A stretch of 64,000 nucleotides of DNA from a bacterium (lineage in GTDB: Bacteria; Zhuqueibacterota; Zhuqueibacteria; Residuimicrobiales; Krinioviventaceae), in NCBI GenBank assembly GCA_963674595.2, contig CAXXFV010000023.1, positions 96,001-160,000 on the forward strand, written 5' to 3'. The translations under genes and the position numbers were made by a program. This document shows, piece after piece, positions 42,018 through 52,465 of the stretch. The notes beneath the pieces were generated by a model. That model saw only the letters and a program-made list of their open reading frames with translations, did not search any database and was not told the DNA's origin. Every line of letters starts with the position of its first letter. Within the stretch, counting starts at the first letter, position 1.

Positions 42018-42896
42018 ATGTCAGTCGATGTCAAATTAGAACAGTACTTGGATAAAGTTGATCATCTGCCTACTCTGCCCGTTGTTTTGGTACAGATTTT
42101 AAAAAAGCTAGAAGATCCTGATTTTGAAATGAATGAAATTGTGGATTTGATTCTTATGGATCAGGTCCTTACTGCAAAAACCATTCGAATGGTTAATTCA
42201 GCTCATTTTGGATTAAACAGACAAGTTGAATCTTTAAGAAAAGCTGTGCTTGTACTTGGTGCAAAAGAAATTCGAAATTTGGTTTTAACAACTTCCTTGT
42301 TGGATCTGTTTCCGGGAAATCAAAAAACAGAATTTACAAAAACTTTTTGGGAACACTCTTTTGCCAGTGCGTTATTCAGCACAATTCTGGCCAAGTGTGT
42401 TGGATATAAAAATCGAGAAAGATCTTATCTGGCTGGTTTACTTCATGATATCGGAGAAATTATCCTTATAGTGAATTTTCCGGACGAGTTTGAAAAGGTG
42501 GTGCAGGAAAGTAAAAATACAAAATATGATTTTCATGAAGCCGAACAAAGAGTGCTTGGTATTAGTCATATTAATTTTGGTCCTTTATTGCTGGAAAAGT
42601 GGAGTTTCGGTGGAGAGTTGTCACATGTCGTTTCGCGGCATCATCATCCTGAAACAGCGCTGATTGATCCTGTGTTGGTTGCTATTGTCAGACTTGCTGA
42701 TTTGTTTGCACGTAAAAATGGTTTTGGTATTGGAAACCATGATAAAGTTTCCGTCGAATTTGAAAATGATATAGCATGGGATATTTTAAAGAAAAAGTTT
42801 TCAAATTCCAACGGATTTAATCCTCAGGAAATAATTCAGACCCTGGATGATAACGTTGTAAAAGTTGATGAGTTCATTAGTATGAATTATAATTAA
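42018..42896 (+). CDS. HDOD-domain protein 1
   Basis: LPTLP, DQVLTAK...VNSA, FWEHS, AGLLHDIGE. Confidence 0.9.
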   Translation: MSVDVKLEQYLDKVDHLPTLPVVLVQILKKLEDPDFEMNEIVDLILMDQVLTAKTIRMVNSAHFGLNRQVESLRKAVLVLGAKEIRNLVLTTSLLDLFPGNQKTEFTKTFWEHSFASALFSTILAKCVGYKNRERSYLAGLLHDIGEIILIVNFPDEFEKVVQESKNTKYDFHEAEQRVLGISHINFGPLLLEKWSFGGELSHVVSRHHHPETALIDPVLVAIVRLADLFARKNGFGIGNHDKVSVEFENDIAWDILKKKFSNSNGFNPQEIIQTLDDNVVKVDEFISMNYN

Positions 42897-42905
42897 GGAA
42901 AAATT

Positions 42906-44033
42906 ATGGGAAGAATGTTGATACTTCTCGTACTCGGAACTTCTATTATTTTTGGTATGACAACCTTAAATATGAACAATAGTAATACGAGAATGCTCAA
43001 CGCTACAGTAGAAGACTATGAAACACAGCAGGCCAGAAATCTGGCTAAAAGTGGAATTGACTTGGCCGTTAGTAAAATTTTTCAGGATACAACATGGACG
43101 GGCGTTTCTAATCTTCAAGTGGCGGGTGGTAAACTTGATGTTTCAATCAATTCAACAACAAGCCTGTATCCGAATGGTGAGGATATGGGAGAGAATGGTC
43201 GAGAAGTCAGTGCCGTTGGTACTGTGGCAGGCCATTCTGTTACTGTAAAGGCCGTATTGCAGTTGCCCCAGGGAAGTGGTGTGCCGCCATTTTTTAATTA
43301 TGCTCTGTTATCAGAAGAGGATCTGGCGCTTACCGGAAATATCAGCATACGGGATGCAAATGCCTCAGGAATTAATTCAAATATTCATACAAATGAAGAT
43401 TTAACTGTAAGAGGTAACGCAAGTATTAAAGGTTTTGGGAGCTATGCCGGCTCTGCTAGTTTTCAACCAAATAATCCTTCACGTTTTTTTAATCCCAATG
43501 ATAATCCTGAAAGTTTGCCTGTTACGGCACAAACATCAGCCATTACCATACCCGAGTTTGACCCAAGCGAATATGTTGGTATTGCTACGGATACATATTC
43601 AGGTACCTTGACTCTTGCAGGAAACCATAGTTTGGGTACAAAAGAAAATCCGAAAATTTGGTATGTAGACGGTGATCTTCATATCAGTGGAAATTTTTCC
43701 GGGTATGGTGTTTTTATTGTAACCGGTAATATACATTTAACGGGAAATTCTTCTGTTATTGCTGCTGATCCGCTTGGTAATAATCTCGGTTTTTATTCAG
43801 GTGGTGATATTTTAATGACTGGTAATACAACAATTGACGCACAGATATTTTCAAATAACAATATTTCAATGCGGGGTAATATCCGCTTAAATGGCCTTGC
43901 AACTGCAAGAAACACAATTGACCTTTATGGAAATGTGGCTGTTTACTATAAACCTGCTGCACAAAACTTGACAGCCCCTTTTTGGAGCGGTTCCGAAATG
44001 GGCAAACCCGTCGTGGTATCATATTATGAATAG
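42906..44033 (+). CDS. PilX-like protein, paralog 2
   Basis: QARNLAKSGID, FFNYALLS, NIHTNEDL, VSYYE; colinear with 40853-41989. Confidence 0.7.
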   Translation: MGRMLILLVLGTSIIFGMTTLNMNNSNTRMLNATVEDYETQQARNLAKSGIDLAVSKIFQDTTWTGVSNLQVAGGKLDVSINSTTSLYPNGEDMGENGREVSAVGTVAGHSVTVKAVLQLPQGSGVPPFFNYALLSEEDLALTGNISIRDANASGINSNIHTNEDLTVRGNASIKGFGSYAGSASFQPNNPSRFFNPNDNPESLPVTAQTSAITIPEFDPSEYVGIATDTYSGTLTLAGNHSLGTKENPKIWYVDGDLHISGNFSGYGVFIVTGNIHLTGNSSVIAADPLGNNLGFYSGGDILMTGNTTIDAQIFSNNNISMRGNIRLNGLATARNTIDLYGNVAVYYKPAAQNLTAPFWSGSEMGKPVVVSYYE

Positions 44034-44072
44034 TGGATAAAAATTTACAAAGGTGTGAGAGGTTAACTGGAA

Positions 44073-44951
44073 ATGGATGAAAAACAAGAAAAATTACACT
44101 ATTATACGGAACACTTGGAGGAGCTTCCGACATTACCTTCAGTCGCTACGCGTATTTTAGAAAAACTGCAAGACCCTGATTATGATATTAATGAAATTGT
44201 GGATTTGATATTGATGGATCAGGTTTTAACCGCCAAAACATTTGGTTTGGTAAATTCAGCCTATCTCGGCCTGGGCCGAAAGGTTGAATCTGTAAGACAA
44301 GCAATTTTGTATCTGGGAACAAAGGAAATACGTAATGTTGTTCTGACAACGTCGTTAATGAAACTTTTTCAAGGTGCAGAAGAATCAGGTTTTGTCAAGT
44401 CATTTTGGGAACACTCTTTTGCTTGTGGTTTGTTTAGCAGTATTCTGGCAAAGAGTGTCGGATTTCGGGATATTGAAAGAGCATATTTGGGTGGATTGCT
44501 GCATGATATTGGTGAGGCCATTTTTATCCTTAAATTTCAGGATGATTTTGATAAAGTCCGGGCAGAGGCAGAAAATTGTAGTTGGGATTTTCACAAGTCG
44601 GAACAAAAAGTATTAGGCATTAGCCATACAGATATCGGACCCTGGTTGTTGGAACGCTGGAACCTGAATTTTGAAATTGGTATTGTTGTAACATGCCATC
44701 ATGCTCCAGAGATGTCTGTTACAGAGGCTGCGTTGGTTTCCATTGTAAATTTGGCAGATCTATATTGCCGTAAAAAAGGATTTAGTTTGGGCGGTAAAAT
44801 TGATTTTCAAACAAATTTATACACTCAACCTGCATGGAAAATCATTGCCAAAGAATTGAAACTTGCTGAAGACTTTGATCCTCAACTGCATATCGATGTG
44901 CTTGATAAAAATTTTGAGGAAGCAAAAGAATTTATAAATATGATCTATTAA
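44073..44951 (+). CDS. HDOD-domain protein 2
   Basis: LPTLP, FWEHS, GLLHDIGE. Confidence 0.9.
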   Translation: MDEKQEKLHYYTEHLEELPTLPSVATRILEKLQDPDYDINEIVDLILMDQVLTAKTFGLVNSAYLGLGRKVESVRQAILYLGTKEIRNVVLTTSLMKLFQGAEESGFVKSFWEHSFACGLFSSILAKSVGFRDIERAYLGGLLHDIGEAIFILKFQDDFDKVRAEAENCSWDFHKSEQKVLGISHTDIGPWLLERWNLNFEIGIVVTCHHAPEMSVTEAALVSIVNLADLYCRKKGFSLGGKIDFQTNLYTQPAWKIIAKELKLAEDFDPQLHIDVLDKNFEEAKEFINMIY

Positions 44952-44967
44952 TTTTATATTTGCTTTA

Positions 44968-45891
44968 ATGGAGGTTTTGATGGGCTTTCCCGACAAAGTT
45001 TACGCACCAAAGACAGAAAAGCAGGCACGGTTAGCCTTTTATGTCGAACGAATTGAAAATATACCAACTCTTCCTACTATAGCTTTTAGTGTTTTACGAA
45101 AAACCGAACAGCAGGATTATGATATTGATGAGTTGGTTGATTTAATTCTAATGGACCAGGTATTGGCAGCCAAAACCTTAAGAATTGTTAATTCGGCTTT
45201 TATGGGATTATCGCGGCAGGTACAAACATTACGCCAGGCATTAGTTGTTTTAGGTGCAAGAGAAATTCGTAATTTGGTATTAGCCACTTCTTTACTGCAG
45301 TTATTGGATGATTCTAAAAACAATTCCCTGGTTCAGTCTTTTTGGGAACATTCATTTGCCTGTGGCATCTTTAGTATTATGCTGGCAAAAAACATTGGTT
45401 ATCGTAACACGGAACGCGCCTATCTTGCAGGATTATTACATGATATTGGTGAGGTGATTCTTATTGCCAATTTCCCTAATGAAGTTAATGATATTGTCGA
45501 CATTGTGCCCCAATATAATTGGGATTTTAACAAGGCAGAAGCAGAAGTGTTGGGCATAAGCCATGTTGATTTTGGTCCCTGGTTGTTGGAGCGCTGGAAC
45601 ATTGGCGGCGATATTGCCCATGTTGTGGCCAGGCACCATGAACCTGAAAATGCTTTGGTTGACCCCCCACTTGTAGCTATTGTCAATATGGCCGATCTTT
45701 ATTGCCGTTCCCGTGGTTTATATATGGGGTCTCGATTTAATGTGAAAATCGATTTGGAAAATCAGATCGCCTGGAAAATTATGGATAAAAAGTACCCCAT
45801 TTATGGCGGTTTTGAACCAAAATTTCATCTGGAGTTTCTGGACAGTAATCTCAAAGATGTGCAGGATGCAATTAAAACTGTTTTTAAATAA
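44968..45891 (+). CDS. HDOD-domain protein 3
   Basis: IPTLP, FWEHS, AGLLHDIGE. Confidence 0.9.
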   Translation: MEVLMGFPDKVYAPKTEKQARLAFYVERIENIPTLPTIAFSVLRKTEQQDYDIDELVDLILMDQVLAAKTLRIVNSAFMGLSRQVQTLRQALVVLGAREIRNLVLATSLLQLLDDSKNNSLVQSFWEHSFACGIFSIMLAKNIGYRNTERAYLAGLLHDIGEVILIANFPNEVNDIVDIVPQYNWDFNKAEAEVLGISHVDFGPWLLERWNIGGDIAHVVARHHEPENALVDPPLVAIVNMADLYCRSRGLYMGSRFNVKIDLENQIAWKIMDKKYPIYGGFEPKFHLEFLDSNLKDVQDAIKTVFK

Positions 45892-45895
45892 CTAA

Positions 45896-46900
45896 TTATA
45901 CCTTAACATAAGACATGTTTTTATCAGCGGATGATTGTAATAATAAACTCGTATGGGTTGCTTTTAAAACATCCGCTGTTTTTAAATCATCTTGATTCGT
46001 TTTTTCGTAAATATCGCGAATAAACGAATCGAGATATCCTCCGGGGTTGCCCGCTGATAATGGTTTGTTTTTCGGTTTTTTCTCACCGTTTTTATAAATT
46101 GAAATGTATTCCTGGTTTATCCCGGCTTCTAAAATTCCCTTATCTCCCCATATTGTTGTACGCCAGTATTGAGGGACAGAGTATTCAAAAGAATCCGGTA
46201 CCAGGTAGGAAAAATCACAAACAATTCCTGCATCATTTGACATTTCCAGCATGCCCTGTCCGCATTCTTTAAAATAGGGGAACTGCGGCAACCGCGCGTT
46301 CCAGCAGCGAGCGGATACTATTTGTTTAATTTCTAGTCCGGTTATCCAGGGCAGGATATCTATAGCGTGAATGCCGATATCATTTAATGTTCCCCCATGT
46401 TTGCCTTTTTCAAAATACCAGTGAGGACGTTTGGATAATAAAAGCGGATGTTGTCCTCCTATTTGAACAGCATTAACCTCTCCAATTTCATCACCTGATA
46501 TTAAATCTCGTAAACCGATAAAAACAGGCGAATCTCTTAAATCCAGCATACAGCCGATTTTTTTGTTTTTAACCAGGTTTTTAATTATTTCCAATTCTTC
46601 CAGTGATGTACAAGCTGGTTTGTCGCTGATCACATGTTTGCCTGCCTGCAGGGCTTGAATAATTCGTTCGCCTCGAATACTGTAATAATCTCCGACAGCA
46701 ATAGCGTTACAGTTTATTGTCGACAACATTTCTTTGTAACAGTTATGGGTAATTTTTATGTTGGTATTCGCCAACTCTTGTAAACAACTGTTGTCCTCTT
46801 CACATGCTGCTGTTATTTCTATATCATCTCTTTCAACACACCTGTTGTAAAGATCAAAAATATGCGGGTGACGAAATCCAATGAATGCAATTTTTATCAT
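45896..46900 (-). CDS. Gfo/Idh/MocA oxidoreductase
   Basis: KIAFIG, GKHVISDKP, GGTLNDIGIHAID. Confidence 0.88.
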   Translation of the reverse strand: MIKIAFIGFRHPHIFDLYNRCVERDDIEITAACEEDNSCLQELANTNIKITHNCYKEMLSTINCNAIAVGDYYSIRGERIIQALQAGKHVISDKPACTSLEELEIIKNLVKNKKIGCMLDLRDSPVFIGLRDLISGDEIGEVNAVQIGGQHPLLLSKRPHWYFEKGKHGGTLNDIGIHAIDILPWITGLEIKQIVSARCWNARLPQFPYFKECGQGMLEMSNDAGIVCDFSYLVPDSFEYSVPQYWRTTIWGDKGILEAGINQEYISIYKNGEKKPKNKPLSAGNPGGYLDSFIRDIYEKTNQDDLKTADVLKATHTSLLLQSSADKNMSYVKV

Positions 46901-46923
46901 ATTTTTAACTTTTTAGTACTTGA

Positions 46924-47235
46924 TTAATTTTCTCTGACGGGTAGTTTTATTCTTCTTTTTTCCGGTTCCGGATTTTCACGGTACAAAATAGCCACATGAC
47001 CAATTATTCCTGCCAAATGACATTGACACTTTTCAGCCATTTCGGCGCTCAATTCTTTTCTCTCTTCTTTAAATTCGATAAATTTTACTTTAATCAATTC
47101 ATGGGCATCCAGCGCTTCATTAACAGCATCAATAAGGTCTGTGTTCAATCCGTTTTTCCCGATTTGAACGACTGGTTTTAGGGGATTAGCAAGTCCCCTT
47201 AAAAATCTTTTTTGAAATCCTTGTAAAGTATTCAT
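46924..47235 (-). CDS. yhbY: YhbY RNA-binding (CRM domain) protein
   Basis: LKPVVQIGKNGL, ALDAHELIKVK, IGHVAILYR. Confidence 0.92.
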   Translation of the reverse strand: MNTLQGFQKRFLRGLANPLKPVVQIGKNGLNTDLIDAVNEALDAHELIKVKFIEFKEERKELSAEMAEKCQCHLAGIIGHVAILYRENPEPEKRRIKLPVREN

Positions 47236-47247
47236 TTTTACTCCAAT

Positions 47248-48513
47248 TTAGTTACGTAAATGGCCGTGACCATGAACGATCCATTTGTAAGTTGTTAATT
47301 CCTGCGGCCCTACCGGTCCTCGTGCGTGTAATTTATCGGTACTAATCCCAACAACGGCCCCGAGGCCATAGTCTCCTCCACCGGAAAGGCGTGTTGATGC
47401 ATTTACTAAAACAGAAGCGCTGTCAACGCAATTAACAAATTTATCTGCCAAGGCCAGGCTTTCTGTAATAATGCTGTCTGTATGACCGGAACCATAATAA
47501 TTGATATGCCGGATGGCTTCATCAATGTCTTTAACGATTTTTATGGATAATATCGGTGCAAGATATTCCGTCATCCAGTCCTCTTCAGAGGCGTGTTCAA
47601 GCGAAGGGGCCAGTTTTATCGTTTCGTGACAGCCTAAAAGTTTGATGTTATTTTGCTTAAAAGCTGAAACAATTTTTGGCAAAATAGCGGGAGCTATTTT
47701 TTGATCAATTAACAGGGTTTCCAGTGCATTGCACACTTCAACTCTTTGGCATTTTGAATTAACGGCCACATCGATTGCCATTTCCAAATCAGCATCTTTT
47801 GCAATATACAAATGGCATATTCCTTCATAATGTTTAATGACAGGAATGTTGGTTCCCTGGGCAATTTTTTTAATCAGCTCTTTTCCCCCTCTGGGTATAA
47901 GTACATCAATGTACTCATTCATTCGTAACAGTTCTGAAACGGCCTCGTGACCGGGGGTGCGAAGAATTTGAATAGCGTGTTTTGGAGCATTGTATTCTTC
48001 AAGTGCGGCTATCATGGCCTCTGCCAGAACTATATTTGTTTCAATTGATTCTGAACCGCCGCGCAAAATAACGGCATTGCCGCTCTTTAAACAAACAGAT
48101 GCGGCATCGGTCGTAACATTTGGTCTGGATTCATAAATAATTCCAATAACACCGATTGGAACGCTGACTTTTTTAACTTGCAGTCCGTCCGGACGTGTGT
48201 GACCTTCCAGGATTTTATCGACAGGATCGGGCATGGATGCTACTTTTTTTAACCTGTTTAACATATATTGGTATATTTTTTCCGTAATTTCCAGCCTTTT
48301 AATAAAAGGTTCAGAAAGACCGGCTTTTCGGGCCTTTTTCAGGTCACGCTGGTTTGCCAGAAACAAGTCTTTTTTTATAGATTCGAGTTTTTCCGGCATT
48401 AATGCCAAAATGTTTTGCCGTGCCGATCCTGATAAAGTTTTTAATTCAAGAGCAGCCATTTTTGCATTTTTCCCCATTTCTTCTATATCCGGGGAAATTT
48501 TATTGTTTAACAT
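47248..48513 (-). CDS. proA: Gamma-glutamyl phosphate reductase
   Basis: IIYESRPNVT, RGGSE, CNALETLL, GISTDKLHARGP. Confidence 0.95.
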   Translation of the reverse strand: MLNNKISPDIEEMGKNAKMAALELKTLSGSARQNILALMPEKLESIKKDLFLANQRDLKKARKAGLSEPFIKRLEITEKIYQYMLNRLKKVASMPDPVDKILEGHTRPDGLQVKKVSVPIGVIGIIYESRPNVTTDAASVCLKSGNAVILRGGSESIETNIVLAEAMIAALEEYNAPKHAIQILRTPGHEAVSELLRMNEYIDVLIPRGGKELIKKIAQGTNIPVIKHYEGICHLYIAKDADLEMAIDVAVNSKCQRVEVCNALETLLIDQKIAPAILPKIVSAFKQNNIKLLGCHETIKLAPSLEHASEEDWMTEYLAPILSIKIVKDIDEAIRHINYYGSGHTDSIITESLALADKFVNCVDSASVLVNASTRLSGGGDYGLGAVVGISTDKLHARGPVGPQELTTYKWIVHGHGHLRN

Positions 48514-48655
48514 GAAAAACTCCAAGTGTACTATTTTTTTTAAAATATACGAAATTTTTTTATCAAACAAATGTGTTTTATAGCGTGTAAAATTATCATG
48601 CGATATTTTAGAAAAGAAATAAATGTATATTCATCATGCAAAAAGGAATTCGCCT

Positions 48656-49192
48656 ATGAATTTGTGGAGAGAGCTGCCTCCGGGCCCTGATGTGCCAAAT
48701 GTTATTTATGTTGTTGTAGAAATTCCAAAACGTTCTCGTAATAAATACGAATATGATGAAGGTGGCGGATTTATTAAGCTGGACCGGGTCCTTTCATCCT
48801 CATTACACTATCCCGGGGATTATGGATTTATTCCGCGAACAATGCATGATGACGGTGACCCGCTGGACGCCATTGTTTTAACGAATGAACCTACATTTTC
48901 AGGCTGTGTTATTGAGGCAAGGCCTTTGGGTGTTTTCCATCTCATTGACCGCGACCAGGCTGATGATAAAATTTTAGCTGTTCCTAATACCGACCCTCTT
49001 TTTAATCATTACCGTACTTTGGATGATGTTCCGCCTCATTTTTTAAAAGAAGTGAGTCATTTTTTTAGCGTTTATAAAGACCTGGAGCAGGTTAAAATGC
49101 AGGCAAAAGGGTGGGAAGGAATAGAACGGGCCCGTGAAGAAATTGAACGCGGTTTGGATTTATATGTTAAAATGTTAAGATCCACCCGCTGA
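48656..49192 (+). CDS. ppa: Family I inorganic pyrophosphatase
   Basis: YPGDYGFIP, DDGDPLD, DDKILAV. Confidence 0.95.
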   Translation: MNLWRELPPGPDVPNVIYVVVEIPKRSRNKYEYDEGGGFIKLDRVLSSSLHYPGDYGFIPRTMHDDGDPLDAIVLTNEPTFSGCVIEARPLGVFHLIDRDQADDKILAVPNTDPLFNHYRTLDDVPPHFLKEVSHFFSVYKDLEQVKMQAKGWEGIERAREEIERGLDLYVKMLRSTR

Positions 49193-49194
49193 GA

Positions 49195-49824
49195 TTAAAT
49201 GTCGTTCCATGTATTTGTGATGTTATCAACGACAATGTTGATATTGAAAGTTTGGGTGAAAAAGTCTGATTTTTTTTCAAATCCATAAATTTCCGCACTT
49301 ATTTCACCCCGGCAGAAAATATGCAAATGAACACAATCGGCATCTAATTCTGCCTGAATTTTTTTTACACAATTTGTATGGGATCGGTCCAGGCCGTCTG
49401 CTATTCTTAAAAGAGATGCCAGAGATTTTACTCTTTCCTGGTTTTCTTTATCAAGTTTGTCAAAATTTTTATGCTTTAAACTTGGAAATGATTTTCTATG
49501 GTACCTGGCAATATTGGCGATAAGCAGCTTTTCCTTTTCATCCCATCCGGGCAATTCATTTAAAAGTATCATTTTCATACTATTTTTATGATGACCTTTT
49601 GGGCCTTTTGACCAGCCAATATCGTGTAACAGGGCAGCCGCTTCCAATAATTCTCTGTCTTTTTGGTTCATTCCATGTAATATTGATAATTCATCAAACA
49701 ATTGAAGCGCCAATGTTGAAACCTGTATGGCGTGCGATGGCTCCCGGTCAAACTCTTTCATCAAATTTTCAGCAGTTTTTATTTTTAAAGAAATTGGTTT
49801 ATTCAATATTTTTATATTCCTCAA
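49195..49824 (-). CDS. HD-domain protein (Ppx/GppA C-terminal domain)
   Basis: AALLHDIGW, HHKNS, ARYHRK, LLRIADGLDRS. Confidence 0.88.
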   Translation of the reverse strand: MRNIKILNKPISLKIKTAENLMKEFDREPSHAIQVSTLALQLFDELSILHGMNQKDRELLEAAALLHDIGWSKGPKGHHKNSMKMILLNELPGWDEKEKLLIANIARYHRKSFPSLKHKNFDKLDKENQERVKSLASLLRIADGLDRSHTNCVKKIQAELDADCVHLHIFCRGEISAEIYGFEKKSDFFTQTFNINIVVDNITNTWNDI

Positions 49825-50713
49825 TTAATACTCCAAACATCAAATCTTTCAAGCTTGTTAATGTTGATGTCAGGTTAAAAAATTTCATTATTGTTTTTGT
49901 GACAAGAGCACCTGTTATAATAACATCTGCCCGTTCCGGGACAAGCCCTGTTATTTTTTGTCGGTTAGGATAATCAAGACTTTTAAGCTTGTCTATCATT
50001 GGACCGAGTTTCTTATATTTCAGTTTGTAATGATGTATTTTTTCTGCCTGAGAAATGTCAATATTGGCGTCAATCATGGCAATGGTTGTTGCGGTCCCGC
50101 CTGTGAAAACTGAATGTTCGATTTTTGGGGGAATATGCGGAAGACCTTTTAACAGGTGCAAAATATGCTGTTCGACTTTAATAATTGACTGATCAGAAAA
50201 TAAAAGTTCGGGGAAAAATTTTGTAGTTAACCGTCGGCTGCCGATTGGCAAACTATGTTTTAATATTATTTCGTTTCTATTGCCATATACAAGTTCGGTA
50301 CTGCCCCCGCCGATATCACAAACTAAAAAGTCATTTTGATCGAGATCACTGGTAGCGCCTAAAAAGGACAGATAGGCTTCTTCTTTACCGCTGATAACCC
50401 GGCCTGAAATTTGGTTTTGTTTTTGAAAGAGATTTAATAATTGGTCCTTGTTTTTGGCCTCTCTCGCAGCACTTGTTGCTATCAGGTGGATTTTTTTTGT
50501 ATCGGATTTTTTGCAAATCTCCTGATAACCGGCCACCGCCTGGCTGACACGCTGCATGGCTTGTTCGGATAACATTTTATCTTTTGTCATTCCATAGCCA
50601 AGACGCGTTATTTGTTCCCGCATGAGGTGTGTTCTAATACAACCGGAAGGATCAATATCTGCAATGAGCAGACGTGTGGCATTTGTTCCAATATCAATAA
50701 CTGCTATACGCAT
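49799..50713 (-). CDS. ppx: Ppx/GppA exopolyphosphatase, ASKHA domains
   Basis: IDIGTN, ATSAAREA, ISGKEEA, DIGGGSTE, RADVI. Confidence 0.9.
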   Translation of the reverse strand: MRIAVIDIGTNATRLLIADIDPSGCIRTHLMREQITRLGYGMTKDKMLSEQAMQRVSQAVAGYQEICKKSDTKKIHLIATSAAREAKNKDQLLNLFQKQNQISGRVISGKEEAYLSFLGATSDLDQNDFLVCDIGGGSTELVYGNRNEIILKHSLPIGSRRLTTKFFPELLFSDQSIIKVEQHILHLLKGLPHIPPKIEHSVFTGGTATTIAMIDANIDISQAEKIHHYKLKYKKLGPMIDKLKSLDYPNRQKITGLVPERADVIITGALVTKTIMKFFNLTSTLTSLKDLMFGVLIEEYKNIE

Positions 50714-50719
50714 GAGATG

Positions 50720-51028
50720 CTAGTATTCGCCCAGTTTTGTTGAAAGTAATTTAGTAATATCGTCAATTCGTCGTATATCCTTGAGGCGCCCTTTGTGAGA
50801 TTTGATTTTAAGGTTTTTGATGGCCTTAATCATTAAATTCAACTGAGCTTCATCCTGAGCGGCTGCAGGAATTTCCTCGTCTTCAGGGAGTGATAAGCCA
50901 TTTATACACCAAATCATTTCAGATTCCAGGTTGGCCTGATAGTTTGTCACACTTTTTCTAAATTCTTTTCTTAAATTTCCAATTTCTGATAAAAGTTCCT
51001 TACGTAGTTCGCTTTTTGTTTTTTTCAT
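50720..51028 (-). CDS. Small helical hypothetical protein
   Basis: 102-aa ORF tightly packed in the operon. Confidence 0.6.
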   Translation of the reverse strand: MKKTKSELRKELLSEIGNLRKEFRKSVTNYQANLESEMIWCINGLSLPEDEEIPAAAQDEAQLNLMIKAIKNLKIKSHKGRLKDIRRIDDITKLLSTKLGEY

Positions 51029-51051
51029 AGAATCGTCTTTGTTCCCGATTT

Positions 51052-51734
51052 TTATTGTAATATTTTTTCGATTTTTTTCTGCAACTCGGCAGAGATGGCC
51101 CGTGGTGACCGATTGCCGTTTATCAATTCAAAATTATATTTTTCATGCAAAAGTTTAAATTGATTTTTCACTTTACGTTGATATTTGATAAAGCTGTCAA
51201 AGATGTCTCTTGAAAGCCGAATATCCATACCTGATTCCCAATAATCAAGGGTTGTATCTTTTTGAAAATTTCGTTCAATCAGAAAGCGGGGTGCGACATC
51301 TAGGTAAAAAACAGCATCCGGTACCAGTGCAATTTCGCTGTATAGCCTTTCCAGCCATTGCGAATCAGCACCTCTGATAATATCTCTTACCATTAAAGTA
51401 TATATATATCGGTCTGCCAATACTATAAATCCTGCTTTGAGTGCGGGAATAATTTGATTGACCAACTGGTCTGCAAAGTCGGTTGCATAAAACAAAGAAA
51501 GTGTTACAGGGCTTAGAATATTTCCCTGCATTGCTTCTTCCAACTGTCTGCTTACAAGGGTAGAACGTTTTAAACCAACGTTTACAGTTGCATGTCCCCG
51601 GCCTTCAAGCCAGTCCGTTAGCAGGCGGATCTGAGTTGATCTGCCGGAACCATCTGCACCTTCAACAACAATCAGTTTGCCAGTCAATTCCTCTACATTT
51701 TTACACTAGGTAATCCTTTGCCATAAAATTTCAT
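51052..51734 (-). CDS. Thymidylate-kinase-like protein B (frameshift near 51700)
   Basis: EGADGSGRST, ADRY, YWESGMD; likely start MKFYGKGLP overlaps the upstream stop (ATGA). Confidence 0.8.
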
Positions 51735-52423
51735 GACTTGCTCCTGATTTTTAATTTAAATGCTGGTAAATCAATTTTTTGTCCAACAATTTTTCGAACT
51801 CGGCGTTGTTGAATATCGGCACTTTGAGCCGCCTCGATTGTCGTGAAATTAAAAACATCAATCATATTTTCATAGGCTTTATGTACCATCCCCTGAAATA
51901 TCCTGAAACTTTCATAAGGGTCTTTGGATAAATTCAGGTCCATTCCCGCTTCGTGATATTTTAGTGTTGGTCTGCCTTCTAAAATTCGATCGATTGCAAT
52001 AGTTGGATCTACTCGAAAATAAAATGTAATGTCCGGAACTGTTGCAAAGCTGTAGGAATTTTTAACCCACTCTAAATCACAACCTCGTGCTACATCTCTG
52101 GCAAAGGCCGTAAAATAATACCGGTCCGCCAGAACAATGTACCCTGCACGTAAAAGCGGCCATATTTGTCGTTCATAACGGTCGGCAAAATCAGTACAAT
52201 GGATGAGAGAGAATGTTGCCGGTGTCAGCAAGTTTCTTTTTTTTGCCTTTTTTGTGGCGCTTTTTACCAACAGAGAGGAATTCCATTCGGTAAAAAAAAC
52301 TTTATGGCCTTCCAGTTCCAGCCATCTTTTTAAAAGGTATATTTGTGTGGATTTCCCTGAGCCGTCCAGACCTTCAACGGCAATAAGGCGACCCGGACAA
52401 TTGTGTTTTTTCATTTCGACCAT
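51731..52423 (-). CDS. Thymidylate-kinase-like protein A
   Basis: EGLDGSGKST, ADRY, YHEAGMD. Confidence 0.85.
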   Translation of the reverse strand: MVEMKKHNCPGRLIAVEGLDGSGKSTQIYLLKRWLELEGHKVFFTEWNSSLLVKSATKKAKKRNLLTPATFSLIHCTDFADRYERQIWPLLRAGYIVLADRYYFTAFARDVARGCDLEWVKNSYSFATVPDITFYFRVDPTIAIDRILEGRPTLKYHEAGMDLNLSKDPYESFRIFQGMVHKAYENMIDVFNFTTIEAAQSADIQQRRVRKIVGQKIDLPAFKLKIRSKS

Positions 52424-52465
52424 TTTTAAAATACCTGTAATTGTATTTATATTATTTGGAATTAT

